This document shows positions 54,630-64,000 of a stretch of 64,000 nt of DNA, in pieces (within the stretch, counting starts at the first letter, position 1; the number at the start of each line of letters is the position of its first letter). A program made the translations under genes and the position numbers. The notes under the pieces are model-generated. The model ran no database searches and was not told the origin of the DNA. It worked only from the letters and a program-made list of their open reading frames with translations. Source of the DNA: an uncultured delta proteobacterium (lineage in GTDB: Bacteria > Myxococcota_A > Polyangia > Polyangiales > JAFGIB01); assembly GCA_963778655.1 (NCBI GenBank), contig CAVZVA010000005.1, positions 64,001-128,000 of the forward strand, in the 5' to 3' direction.

Positions 54630-55727
54630 ATGCTCTACCGCGCCCTGCTGCGGCCGCTGCTGTTTCTGCTGCCTGCCGAGACGGCGCACCGTCTGGCGCT
54701 GGGGGCGCTCGGCCTGCTGGCTCGCCTGCCCGGGGGCAGCGCGCTGCTTTCGCTGTGGTACGGCCGGCCCGATCCGTCGCTGCGCGTGCGCGCGTTCGGC
54801 CGCGAGCTGGCCTCGCCGCTGGGGCTCGCGGCCGGTCTCGACAAGGACGGCGAGGCCTGCGCGCCGCTCGCTGCGCTCGGCTTCGGCTTCGTCGAGGTCG
54901 GCACGCTGACCGCGCTGCCCCAGCCGGGCAACCCGCGCCCGCGCCTGTTCCGGTTGCGGCGTGATCGCGCGCTGGTCAACCGCATGGGCTTCAACAACCA
55001 CGGCGCGGCCGCCGCCGCGCGCAGGCTGGCGCAGCCCGCACGCCGGCCTCCAGTGCTCGGCCTCAACATCGGCAGGAGCAAGCTCGCGTCCGACGATCAG
55101 GCGGTCGCCGACTACGTGACCAGCGCGGGGTTGCTGGCGCCGTGCGCGGACTACGTGGTGGTCAACGTGAGCTCACCCAACACGCCTGGGCTGCGCGACC
55201 TGCAGGCGGTGGAGCGGCTGCGTCCGCTGCTGCTTGCGGTGCGCGAGGCGCTCGACGCCGCCTCGGCCGGCCGCCGCGTGCCGCTGCTGGTCAAGATCGC
55301 GCCCGACCTCGCCGACCCGGACATCGACGCCATCGCGGATCTCGCGCTCGGGCTCGGGCTCGACGGCATCGTCGCCGTCAACACCACGCTGGCGCGCGCC
55401 GGGCTGCGCAGCGCGCCGGCGCAGCTGGAGCGCTGCGGCACCGGCGGGTTGTCGGGGGCACCGCTGGCCGCGCGCGCGCTCGAGGTGCTGCGCCGGTTGC
55501 ACGCGCGCGTCGGCAACAGGCTCACGCTGGTTTCGGTGGGCGGAATCGAGAGTGCCGAGGATGCCTGGGAGCGGCTGAGCGCGGGCGCCGCGCTGGTTCA
55601 GGTCTACACCGCGCTGGTGTACCAGGGCCCCGGTCTGCCGCGCGCCATCAACGCGGGGCTTGCGCGGCGGCTGCGGGAGGCTGGCCGCGGCAGCCTGGCG
55701 GACCTCAGGGCGGGCATCCAGGGGTGA
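54630..55727 (+). CDS. pyrD: Quinone-dependent dihydroorotate dehydrogenase
   Basis: [46 protein letters not shown]. Confidence 0.96.
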   Translation: MLYRALLRPLLFLLPAETAHRLALGALGLLARLPGGSALLSLWYGRPDPSLRVRAFGRELASPLGLAAGLDKDGEACAPLAALGFGFVEVGTLTALPQPGNPRPRLFRLRRDRALVNRMGFNNHGAAAAARRLAQPARRPPVLGLNIGRSKLASDDQAVADYVTSAGLLAPCADYVVVNVSSPNTPGLRDLQAVERLRPLLLAVREALDAASAGRRVPLLVKIAPDLADPDIDAIADLALGLGLDGIVAVNTTLARAGLRSAPAQLERCGTGGLSGAPLAARALEVLRRLHARVGNRLTLVSVGGIESAEDAWERLSAGAALVQVYTALVYQGPGLPRAINAGLARRLREAGRGSLADLRAGIQG

Positions 55728-55945
55728 CGGCGCGGTTTCGGTTCTGTTAACACTGGTCGCCTGGCCTAGCGAGCACGTGTCCCGAAGCCCAAAAGTGGCG
55801 CCCGCCTTGTTTTTTGCGGTGCGACCCGTGGCGAACCGTGCTAATCGCTGGCTTCTCGGCCGAGCGGCCTGAGATAGCTCTCGAACCAGGGCCAAAGGCT
55901 GTTCCGCCGAATGTTCTGGTTGACGAAATCGTGAATGCCCTAGTA

Positions 55946-55959
55946 ATCAATCGGTTGAT
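55946..55959. promoter_or_regulatory. Candidate operator in the lrp-gltBD promoter
   Basis: ATCAA-TCGG-TTGAT inverted repeat downstream of a TTGACG (-35-like) hexamer at 55920. Confidence 0.4.
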
Positions 55960-55974
55960 AGCAGGACTTGCCTC

Positions 55975-56490
55975 ATGAAACAGCGTCGCGACGAGCTCGG
56001 GCTCGATGACATCGATCGCCGTATCCTGGTCCTGCTGCAGGAGGACTGTAAAATTCCTCTTGCAAAGATCGGCGAGAAGGTCGGGCTGTCGGCGCCCTCG
56101 GTGGTCGATCGCGTGCGCAAGCTGGAGTCCGAAGGCTTCATCACCGGCTACCACGCCCAGCTCGATGCCCGGCGGCTGGGCATGGACATCACGGCCTTCA
56201 TCGGGGTGTCGGTCGGCCACACCCGCGGCATCGCCGTGTTCGAGCAGCAGCTGCAGCACCTGCCGGACGTGCTCGAGTGCCACCACGTGACCGGCGGCTA
56301 CACCTTGCTGCTCAAGGTCAAGACGCACGACACCCAGTCGCTCGAGCATCTGATCCGCTCGCTGCGCTCGATCGAGGGCGTGGAGCGGACCGAGACCAGC
56401 GTCGTGCTCTCGACCAAGATCGAGAAGAGCGGCGTGGGCGGCGCGGCCGTCGATCCGCCGGCGCAGCGGCCGGCGCTGGTACGGGCCTGA
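55975..56490 (+). CDS. Lrp/AsnC family transcriptional regulator
   Basis: [32 protein letters not shown]. Confidence 0.94.
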   Translation: MKQRRDELGLDDIDRRILVLLQEDCKIPLAKIGEKVGLSAPSVVDRVRKLESEGFITGYHAQLDARRLGMDITAFIGVSVGHTRGIAVFEQQLQHLPDVLECHHVTGGYTLLLKVKTHDTQSLEHLIRSLRSIEGVERTETSVVLSTKIEKSGVGGAAVDPPAQRPALVRA

Positions 56491-56561
56491 GCGGTGGGAC
56501 ACCAATGGGAAACGGGGGACCGGGCAATCGCGCACGGGGACGAGCAGGCGGGAGCAAGGGG

Positions 56562-59500
56562 ATGACCGGACTGAGCCTTGAACAGAGGGAGGAGCTGCTG
56601 CGCGCCGCGCAGCAGCACGGGATGTACAGCCACGACCCGGAGCGCGACGCCTGCGGCATGGGCTTCGTCGCGCACATCAAGGGCCAGAAGTCTCACGCTA
56701 TTCTGGAACACGCGCTGACCGTGCTGGAGAACCTGACGCACCGCGGCGCCACCGGCTGCGACCCGTGCACCGGCGACGGCGCGGGTATCTCGGCTCAGAT
56801 TCCGCACCGATTCTTCGCGCGGGTCTGCGCGGAGCAGGGGTTCACGCTGCCCGGGGCCGGTCGTTACGGCGTCGGCATGCTGTTCATGCCCTCGAACGAA
56901 GACGAGCTCGCGCGCGCTGTCGCCCTGATCGACGAGATCTGCGCGCGCGAGGGGGTGCCGGCGCTCGGCTGGCGCAGGGTGCCGATCGATCCGCAGGCCT
57001 GCGGCGACAGCGCGCGCGAGTCGCTGCCGGCGATCCGCCAGCTCTTCGTCGCGGCGCCGGCCGAGATGGATGCCGAATCCTTCGAGCGCAAGCTCTACGT
57101 GCTGCGACGCTGCCTGGAGAACGGCGTGCGCGAGCTCGCCCTGCACCAGGGCGCGCGTTTCTACGCTTGCAGCCTCTCCAGCCGCACGATCGTCTACAAG
57201 GGGCTGCTGATCGCCGATCAGATCCCGCGTTTCTACCTCGACCTCGGGGCCGAAGACTTCGAGACCGCGATCGCGCTGGTGCACTCGCGCTTCAGCACCA
57301 ACACCTTTCCGAGCTGGGCGCGCGCCCATCCCTATCGCTACATCTGCCACAACGGCGAGATCAACACGCTGCGCGGCAACCGCAACTGGATGCGTGCGCG
57401 CCAGAACCAATTCGTCTCCGACAAGTTCGGCGACGACATCAAGAAGTTGCTGCCGATCATCAACGAGGGCGGCAGCGACTCGGAGAGCTTCGACAACGCG
57501 CTCGAGCTGCTGGTCCGCAGCGGGCGTTCGCTGCCGCACGCGGTGATGATGATGATCCCGGAGGCGTGGCAGCAGCACGAGGCCATGAACGAGCAGAAGC
57601 GCGCGTTCTACGAGTACCACGCCTGTATGATGGAGCCGTGGGACGGGCCCGCCTCGATCGCGTTCACCAACGGAACCGTGGTGGGTGCGGTGCTGGACCG
57701 CAACGGTCTGCGTCCTTCGCGCTACGTAGTGACCAAGGACGACGTCGTCGTGATGGCGTCGGAGGTCGGCGTGGTCGACATTGCCCCCGAGGACGTGCTG
57801 GTCAAGAGCCGGCTCGAGCCCGGCCGCATGTTCCTGGTCGACACCGCGCAGGGTCGGATCGTCGCCGACGAGGAGATTAAAGGCGGTATCGCGGAGCGCA
57901 AGCCGTACGGCAAGTGGCTGCGCGAGAACATGCTGCGGCTCGCCGACCTGCCGGAGCCCGACCCAGAGCGGCTGCCCTCCGTGCTCGATCACCAGACCCT
58001 GCTACTGCGGCAGCGGGTCCACGGCTACACACGCGAGGACATCCGCCTGATCGTCCGCCCGATGGCCCAAAACGGCGAGGAGGCGATCGGCTCGATGGGC
58101 AACGACACGCCGCTGGCGGTGCTGTCGGATCGACCGCAACTGCTGTTCAACTACTTCAAGCAGCAGTTCGCCCAGGTCACCAATCCGCCGATCGACTCGC
58201 TGCGCGAAAACCTGGTGATGTCGCTGCGCACCACGCTGGGCGCTGAGCAGAACCTGTTCGACGAGACGCCCGAGCACTGCCACCAGCTGCAACTCGACCG
58301 TCCCATCCTGACCAACGCCGAGCTGCTGGCGATCAAGAATTTGGACCACCGCGGCCTGCGCACCCGCGTGCTCGGCGCGCTGTTCGAGGTGGCCCGCGGC
58401 GGCGAAGGACTGCGGGAGGCGATCGACGCGCTGTGCGCCGGCGCCGAGCAGGCGATCGACCACGGCTACACCATCCTGGTGCTCAGCGATCGCAAGCACG
58501 ACCGCAAGCTCGCACCGATTCCCTCGCTGCTCGCGACCTCGGCCGTGCACCACCACCTGATCCGCGCCGGCAAGCGCACTCGCTGCGGGCTGGTGGTCGA
58601 GTCGGGCGAGCCGCGCGAGGTGCAGCAGATGTGTCTGCTGCTCGGCTATGGCGCCGGCGCGATCAATCCGTACCTGGCGTTCGAGATCATCCATAGCCAG
58701 GACCAGCAGGAGCTGCTGCGCAAGCTCGACGCCGACTCGGCGATCAAGAACTACATCAAGGCCTGTGACAAGGGCGTGCTCAAGGTGATGTCCAAGATGG
58801 GCATCTCCACGCTGCAGAGCTACCGCGGCGCGCAGATCTTCGAGGCGATCGGGCTCAGTGGCGATCTGGTCGAGCGCTACTTCACCTGGACCGCGTCGCG
58901 CATCGAGGGTGTGGGGCTCACCGAGATCGCCACCGAGTGCGCGCTCCGGCACCACCTGGCTTGGGAGGTGCCCGCGGTGCTCAACCCGGAGCTCGAGCTG
59001 GGCGGCGTTTACCAGTGGCGGCGCCGCGGCGAGCTCCACATGTACAACCCGCAGAGCGTGGCTTCGCTACAGCACGCGGTCCGCTCGGGTAGCTACCCGC
59101 TGTTCAAGAAGTACAGCGCCGGCGTCAACGAGAACAGCAAGAAACTGTGCACGATCCGCGGCCTGCTGTCGTTCAAGCCCGGCAAGCCGGTCCCGATCGA
59201 GGAGGTCGAGCCGGCGCGCGAGATCGTCAAGCGCTTCAAGACCGGGGCGATGTCGTTCGGCTCGATCTCGAAGGAGGCGCACGAGAACATCGCGATCGCG
59301 ATGAACCGCCTGGGCGCGCGCTCGAACACCGGCGAGGGCGGCGAGGACGCGGCGCGCTACGTGCCCGACGTCAACGGCGACTCGCGGCGCAGCGCGATCA
59401 AGCAGGTCGCCTCGGGCCGCTTCGGCGTCACCAGCTTCTATCTGGTCAACAGCGACGAGCTGCAGATCAAGATGGCGCAGGGCGCCAAGCCGGGGGAGGG

Positions 59501-61130
59501 CGGCCAGCTGCCCGGGCACAAGGTCGACAAGATGATCGCGCGCGTGCGCTTCTCGACGCCGGGCGTGGACCTGATCTCGCCGCCGCCGCACCACGACATC
59601 TACTCGATCGAGGACCTGGCGCAGCTGATCCACGACTTGAAGAACGCCAACGACCGAGCGCGCATCAGCGTCAAGCTGGTCTCCGAGGTGGGCGTGGGCA
59701 CGGTGGCGGCCGGTGTGGCCAAGGCCAAGGCCGACCTGGTGCTGATCAGCGGCGACTCGGGCGGCACCGGTGCCTCGCCGCTGACCTCGATCAAGCATGC
59801 GGGTACGCCCTGGGAGCTGGGGCTCGCCGAGGCCCAGCAGACGCTGGTGGCCAACGGCCTGCGCTCGCGCATCCGGGTCGAGACCGACGGCCAGCTCAAG
59901 ACCGGGCGCGACGTCGCGGTCGCGGCCCTGCTGGGCGCCGAGGAGTTCGGCTTCGGCACCGCCGCGCTGGTGTCGAGCGGCTGCATCCTGATGCGGGTCT
60001 GCCACCTCAATACTTGCCCGGTGGGCGTGGCCACCCAGGATCCGGAGCTGCGCAAGCGCTTCACCGGCCAGCCCGAGCACGTGATCAACTTCATGCTGTT
60101 CGTCGCCGAAGAGCTGCGCGAGATCATGGCCGAGCTCGGGTTCCGCAGCTTGACCGAGATGGTCGGGCGGGTCGACATGCTGGAGGCCCAGCAGGCGATC
60201 GAGCACTACAAGGCCAAGGGGCTCGACCTCGGGCGCGTGCTGCACAAGCCGCAGGTGCCGCCCGGCACCTCCTTGTGCTGCTCGGAGGGCCAGCAGCACG
60301 GGTTGGAAGGCGCGCTCGATCACAAGCTGATCGAGCTGTGCAAGCCGGCGCTGGAGCGCGGGCACAAGGTCAGGCACGAGCTGCCCATTCGCAACGTCAA
60401 CCGCACCACCTGCACCATGTTGTCGGCGGAGATCTCGCGTCGCTACGGCGCCGAGGGTCTGGGGCCCGATACCATCGAGTTGGTGTTTCGCGGCTCGGCG
60501 GGCCAGAGCTTCGGCGCGTTCATGGCCAACGGCATCTCGGTGCGGATCGAGGGCGACGCCAACGACTACGTGGGCAAGGGGCTCTCGGGCGGCCGCATCG
60601 TGATCGTCCCGCCGGCGGGCAGCGCGTTTGTGGCCGAGGAGAACATCATCGCGGGCAACGTCGCGCTGTACGGGGCCACCGGCGGCGAGCTGTTCCTGCG
60701 CGGTCGCGCGGGCGAGCGCTTCTGCGTGCGCAACAGCGGTGCCACCGCGGTGGTCGAAGGCGTTGGCGATCACGGCTGCGAGTACATGACCCGGGGCGTC
60801 GCGCTGATCCTGGGCAAGACCGGCCGAAACTTCGCCGCCGGGATGAGCGGCGGCGTGGCCTACGTGCTCGACGAGGACGGTGGCTTCGAGCGGCGCTGCA
60901 ACCATGGGCTGGTGGATCTCGAGCCGCTCGAGCCCGCCGACGAGTTGGTGGTCAAGCGGCTGATCGAGCGCCACCTCGAGCTCACCGGCAGCGGCGTGGC
61001 GCTGCGCTTGCTGCGCAGCTGGGCCGAGACGGCGAGCAAGCTCGTCAAGGTGTTCCCGCGCGACTACAAACGCGTGCTCGCGGAGCAACACTACGATTCG
61101 GAGATCTCCGCGCTGGCCACCGGACCATGA
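56562..61130 (+). CDS. gltB: Glutamate synthase large subunit
   Basis: [62 protein letters not shown]. Confidence 0.98.
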   Translation: MTGLSLEQREELLRAAQQHGMYSHDPERDACGMGFVAHIKGQKSHAILEHALTVLENLTHRGATGCDPCTGDGAGISAQIPHRFFARVCAEQGFTLPGAGRYGVGMLFMPSNEDELARAVALIDEICAREGVPALGWRRVPIDPQACGDSARESLPAIRQLFVAAPAEMDAESFERKLYVLRRCLENGVRELALHQGARFYACSLSSRTIVYKGLLIADQIPRFYLDLGAEDFETAIALVHSRFSTNTFPSWARAHPYRYICHNGEINTLRGNRNWMRARQNQFVSDKFGDDIKKLLPIINEGGSDSESFDNALELLVRSGRSLPHAVMMMIPEAWQQHEAMNEQKRAFYEYHACMMEPWDGPASIAFTNGTVVGAVLDRNGLRPSRYVVTKDDVVVMASEVGVVDIAPEDVLVKSRLEPGRMFLVDTAQGRIVADEEIKGGIAERKPYGKWLRENMLRLADLPEPDPERLPSVLDHQTLLLRQRVHGYTREDIRLIVRPMAQNGEEAIGSMGNDTPLAVLSDRPQLLFNYFKQQFAQVTNPPIDSLRENLVMSLRTTLGAEQNLFDETPEHCHQLQLDRPILTNAELLAIKNLDHRGLRTRVLGALFEVARGGEGLREAIDALCAGAEQAIDHGYTILVLSDRKHDRKLAPIPSLLATSAVHHHLIRAGKRTRCGLVVESGEPREVQQMCLLLGYGAGAINPYLAFEIIHSQDQQELLRKLDADSAIKNYIKACDKGVLKVMSKMGISTLQSYRGAQIFEAIGLSGDLVERYFTWTASRIEGVGLTEIATECALRHHLAWEVPAVLNPELELGGVYQWRRRGELHMYNPQSVASLQHAVRSGSYPLFKKYSAGVNENSKKLCTIRGLLSFKPGKPVPIEEVEPAREIVKRFKTGAMSFGSISKEAHENIAIAMNRLGARSNTGEGGEDAARYVPDVNGDSRRSAIKQVASGRFGVTSFYLVNSDELQIKMAQGAKPGEGGQLPGHKVDKMIARVRFSTPGVDLISPPPHHDIYSIEDLAQLIHDLKNANDRARISVKLVSEVGVGTVAAGVAKAKADLVLISGDSGGTGASPLTSIKHAGTPWELGLAEAQQTLVANGLRSRIRVETDGQLKTGRDVAVAALLGAEEFGFGTAALVSSGCILMRVCHLNTCPVGVATQDPELRKRFTGQPEHVINFMLFVAEELREIMAELGFRSLTEMVGRVDMLEAQQAIEHYKAKGLDLGRVLHKPQVPPGTSLCCSEGQQHGLEGALDHKLIELCKPALERGHKVRHELPIRNVNRTTCTMLSAEISRRYGAEGLGPDTIELVFRGSAGQSFGAFMANGISVRIEGDANDYVGKGLSGGRIVIVPPAGSAFVAEENIIAGNVALYGATGGELFLRGRAGERFCVRNSGATAVVEGVGDHGCEYMTRGVALILGKTGRNFAAGMSGGVAYVLDEDGGFERRCNHGLVDLEPLEPADELVVKRLIERHLELTGSGVALRLLRSWAETASKLVKVFPRDYKRVLAEQHYDSEISALATGP

Positions 61131-61147
61131 GGACGCGGGAGCACGTC

Positions 61148-62617
61148 ATGGGCAAGATCAAGGGATTTCTGGAGTTTCACCGCGAGAAGCCGTCGCGGCG
61201 GCCGGTTCGCGAGCGGCTGCGCGACTGGAGCGAGTTCGAGGGCGACCTCGATCCGGAGAAGATCCGCGAGCAGGGCGGGCGCTGCATGGATTGCGGCATC
61301 CCCTTCTGTCATTCGGGCTGTCCGCTCGGCAACGTGATCCCCGATTGGAACGACTTCGTCTGGCGCGATCGTTGGCCGCAGGCTGCCAGGAGGCTGCACT
61401 CGACCAACAATTTCCCCGAGATGACGGGTCGTATCTGCCCAGCGCCGTGCGAGGAGGCCTGCACGCTCAACATCGGGCGCGAGCCGGTGACGATCAAGCA
61501 GATCGAGCGCCAGATCGCCGACTACGCCATCGATCACGGACTGCTTACGCCGCAGGTTTCGCCGCACAAGACCGGCAAGCGGGTCGCCGTAGTGGGCTCG
61601 GGGCCGGCGGGGTTGGCCTGCGCGCAGCAGCTCGCGCGCGCCGGGCACTCGCCCACGGTGTTCGAGCGCGACGACCGCATCGGCGGCCTGCTGCGCTACG
61701 GCATCCCGGAGTTCAAGATGGAGAAGCACTTCATCGACGGCCGCGTCGAGCAGATGCAGGCCGAAGGTGTGGTCTTTCGGCCCAGCACCAACGTGGGCGT
61801 CGATTACCCGCTGGCGCAGCTGCGCAAGGAGTTCGACGCGATCGTGCTGGCCGGCGGCGCGACCCAGGCGCGCGATCTGCCGGTACCCGGCCGCGAGCTC
61901 AAGGGGGTGCACTTCGCGATGGAGTTGCTGACGCAGCAGAACCGGGTGTGCGAGGGCGACGAAGTGTCCGACCAGATCAGCGCCAAGGGCAAGCGCGTGG
62001 TGATCCTCGGCGGCGGCGACACCGGCTCGGACTGTTTGGGCACGAGCAACCGCCAGGGCGCGCTCTCGGTGCACCAGTTCGAGCTACTGCCCAAGCCGCC
62101 CGACGAGCGAACCGAGGAGATGCCGTGGCCGTACTGGCCGATGATCCTGCGCACCAGCAGCTCGCACGAGGAGGGGGTGGTGCGCGACTTTAGCCTTAAC
62201 ACCGTGCGCTTCGACGGCGACGATCGCGGCCGGGTCCGCAAGCTCCACGCCCAGCGCCTGCGCTGGATCAAGGACGGCTCCGGCCGCCCGCGCATGGAGC
62301 CGGTCCCTGGCGCGGACCTGACGCTCGACGTCGAGCTGGTGCTGCTGGCGATGGGCTTCGTCGGCCCCGAGAAGGGGCCGCTGCTGCAGGGGTTGGGTGT
62401 TGGCTTCACGTCGCGCGGCAACGTGCAAGTCGACGCGAGCTACATGACCTCCGCGCCCGGCGTGTTCTCGTGCGGCGACATGCGACGCGGGCAGTCGCTG
62501 GTGGTGTGGGCGATCTGGGAGGGGCGCGAGTGCGCGCGCGGGGTCGACGCCTACCTGCGGGGGTACACCGATTTGGTCGCCAGCCCCGACATCAACCCGC
62601 TCGTCCTCGATCCGTAG
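61148..62617 (+). CDS. gltD: Glutamate synthase small subunit
   Basis: [47 protein letters not shown]. Confidence 0.97.
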   Translation: MGKIKGFLEFHREKPSRRPVRERLRDWSEFEGDLDPEKIREQGGRCMDCGIPFCHSGCPLGNVIPDWNDFVWRDRWPQAARRLHSTNNFPEMTGRICPAPCEEACTLNIGREPVTIKQIERQIADYAIDHGLLTPQVSPHKTGKRVAVVGSGPAGLACAQQLARAGHSPTVFERDDRIGGLLRYGIPEFKMEKHFIDGRVEQMQAEGVVFRPSTNVGVDYPLAQLRKEFDAIVLAGGATQARDLPVPGRELKGVHFAMELLTQQNRVCEGDEVSDQISAKGKRVVILGGGDTGSDCLGTSNRQGALSVHQFELLPKPPDERTEEMPWPYWPMILRTSSSHEEGVVRDFSLNTVRFDGDDRGRVRKLHAQRLRWIKDGSGRPRMEPVPGADLTLDVELVLLAMGFVGPEKGPLLQGLGVGFTSRGNVQVDASYMTSAPGVFSCGDMRRGQSLVVWAIWEGRECARGVDAYLRGYTDLVASPDINPLVLDP

Positions 62618-62635
62618 GCTACCTTCCCAGAATTG

Positions 62636-62692
62636 ACCGGGAAGACGGAAGGCGGGAAGCAGGACCTTCGTCTTCTCTTCCCGCCTTCCTGT
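62636..62692. repeat. REP-like inverted repeat, copy 7
   Basis: ACCGGGAAGACGGAAGGCGGGAAG (62636-62659) and CTTCCCGCCTTCCTGT (62677-62692), between gltD and tyrA. Confidence 0.8.
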
Positions 62693-62716
62693 GATTCTCC
62701 TCGCTACCCATCCGAT

Positions 62717-63865
62717 ATGCCGCAGTCGAAGCCAAAGCCCGCCGCGCTCGAGCCGCTGCGCAAGCGCATCGACCAGATCGACCGCGAGGTGCTGGAGCTG
62801 CTCGCCCGGCGCACCAGCGTGGTCGCCGAGGTCGCGGCGGTCAAACGCGCCGAGGGCGCGCAGATCCGCGACTTCGAGCGCGAGCGCCAGGTGCTCGACG
62901 ATCGGCGTAGACAGGCCGAGGCGCTCGGCCTGGCGCCCGGGCCGGTCGAGTCGATCTACCGCCAGATCATGCTGGCCAGCCGTGATTACCAGGCGGCGCT
63001 CGGGGCCGGCGCGCCCAAGCCGATCACCCCTAGAAAGGTGGCCGTGATCGGCGGCGCCGGACAGATGGGCACGTTGATCGCACGGCTGTTTCGCGAGCTG
63101 GGCCACGAAGTGTGGATCGCGGACCTCGCGACCGAGCTGAGCCCCGAGCAGGCCGCCGCCAGCGCCGACGTGGTCGTGATCTCGGTGCCGATCCAGGTCA
63201 CGAGCGAGGTGATCGAGAAGCTCGGCCGGCGCGTGCGGCCCGATGCGCTGCTGATGGACGTGACCTCGGTCAAACAGGCGCCGCTGCAGGCGATGCTGCG
63301 CAGCACCCGGGCCAGCGTGATCGGCACCCACCCGATGTTCGGCCCAGGCGTGCACACGCTGCAGGGACAGCGCGTGGTGCTGTGCCGCGGGCGCGGCGAG
63401 AGCTGGCACGCGTGGCTCACGCAGATGCTCGAGGCGCGCGGCCTGGTGGTGACCGAGGCCGCGGCAGACGAGCACGATCGCGCGATGGCGCTGGTCCAGG
63501 TGCTGACCCACTTCCAGACCCAGGTGTTGGGCTGGGCGCTTTCGCGCAGCGGGGTCTCGCTCGAGCTGTCGCGGCGCTTCACTTCGCCCGCGTATCTGAT
63601 GGAGCTGTACGTCGCGGCGCGCCACTTCGCGCAGGACCCCTTGCTTTACGGGCCAATCGAGATGCTCAACCCCGACACCCAGAACGTGACCGCCGCCTTT
63701 CGCCGCGCGGCCGACGAGCTTTCGGAGATCCTGCAGAGCCGCGACCAGGCGCGCTTCAGCCGCATGTTCGACGAGGTGCGCGCCTACTTCGGCGGCTTCG
63801 CCGCCGAGGCGACCGAGCAGTCGAGCTTCATGATCGACCGCCTGATCGAGCGTACCCTGGGGTGA
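62717..63865 (+). CDS. tyrA: Bifunctional chorismate mutase / prephenate dehydrogenase
   Basis: LRKRIDQIDREVLELLARR (AroQ), IGGAGQMG, DVTSVK, HPMFGP, EHDRAMALVQ. Confidence 0.93.
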   Translation: MPQSKPKPAALEPLRKRIDQIDREVLELLARRTSVVAEVAAVKRAEGAQIRDFERERQVLDDRRRQAEALGLAPGPVESIYRQIMLASRDYQAALGAGAPKPITPRKVAVIGGAGQMGTLIARLFRELGHEVWIADLATELSPEQAAASADVVVISVPIQVTSEVIEKLGRRVRPDALLMDVTSVKQAPLQAMLRSTRASVIGTHPMFGPGVHTLQGQRVVLCRGRGESWHAWLTQMLEARGLVVTEAAADEHDRAMALVQVLTHFQTQVLGWALSRSGVSLELSRRFTSPAYLMELYVAARHFAQDPLLYGPIEMLNPDTQNVTAAFRRAADELSEILQSRDQARFSRMFDEVRAYFGGFAAEATEQSSFMIDRLIERTLG

Positions 63866-63937
63866 GGCAGAGCAACCAGTCCCGGCGCAGAGCTCCGCTC
63901 GCGCCGGCCGTGCTGCCGGCTGGCGGCAGGTGCGCGA

Positions 63938-64000
63938 TCACGGGTCGTAGAACTTGCTCAGCGGACACATCGGCGGCCTGTCGGGGTGCTCGGGGAGCAG
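63938..64000 (-). CDS. 3' end of a CDS that continues beyond the window
   Basis: Open frame ...LLPEHPDRPPMCPLSKFYDP-stop, convergent with tyrA. Confidence 0.35.
   Translation of the reverse strand: MLPEHPDRPPMCPLSKFYDP

Noticed and set aside
55946..55959. FNR/CRP-type box
   Set aside because: The half-sites are in the reverse order (ATCAA-N4-TTGAT) relative to the FNR consensus TTGAT-N4-ATCAA; kept only as an unassigned palindrome.
59147..61147. N-terminal extension making GltD 1156 aa
   Set aside because: An alternative frame overlapping gltB; GltD motifs begin at ATG 61148.

Overview
Very GC-rich bacterial chromosomal segment with about 46 tightly packed genes. The gene content suggests Myxococcota (Polyangia-like): a Ser/Thr kinase with a PEGA-like tail, an ECF sigma-FecR/PEGA/TPR module and Cys-rich lipoproteins. 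This taxonomy is an inference. Housekeeping genes include leuCD, prfC, pyrD, lrp-gltBD, tyrA, ggt and an MrfAB/YprAB-like repair pair. No rRNA, tRNA, CRISPR array, transposase or integrase was recognised. The most interesting locus is at 3.8-16 kb. A four-gene operon (GT4 glycosyltransferase, methyltransferase, (alpha/alpha)-barrel 'prenyltransferase-like' protein, second methyltransferase) matches the layout of the actinobacterial 3-O-methylmannose polysaccharide (MMP) cassette. Here it lies next to two paralogous hexapeptide O-acyltransferases, an O-methyltransferase and a 1870-aa single-chain acyl-CoA carboxylase. Also seen: a dispersed family of REP-like inverted repeats (ACAGGAAGRCGGGAAG), a TGS1-like methyltransferase, a GluR0-like K+ channel, a FolB-cupin fusion, many apparent leaderless promoters and two single-base frameshifts that are probably sequencing errors. 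All functional calls come from motif reading, not from database searches.
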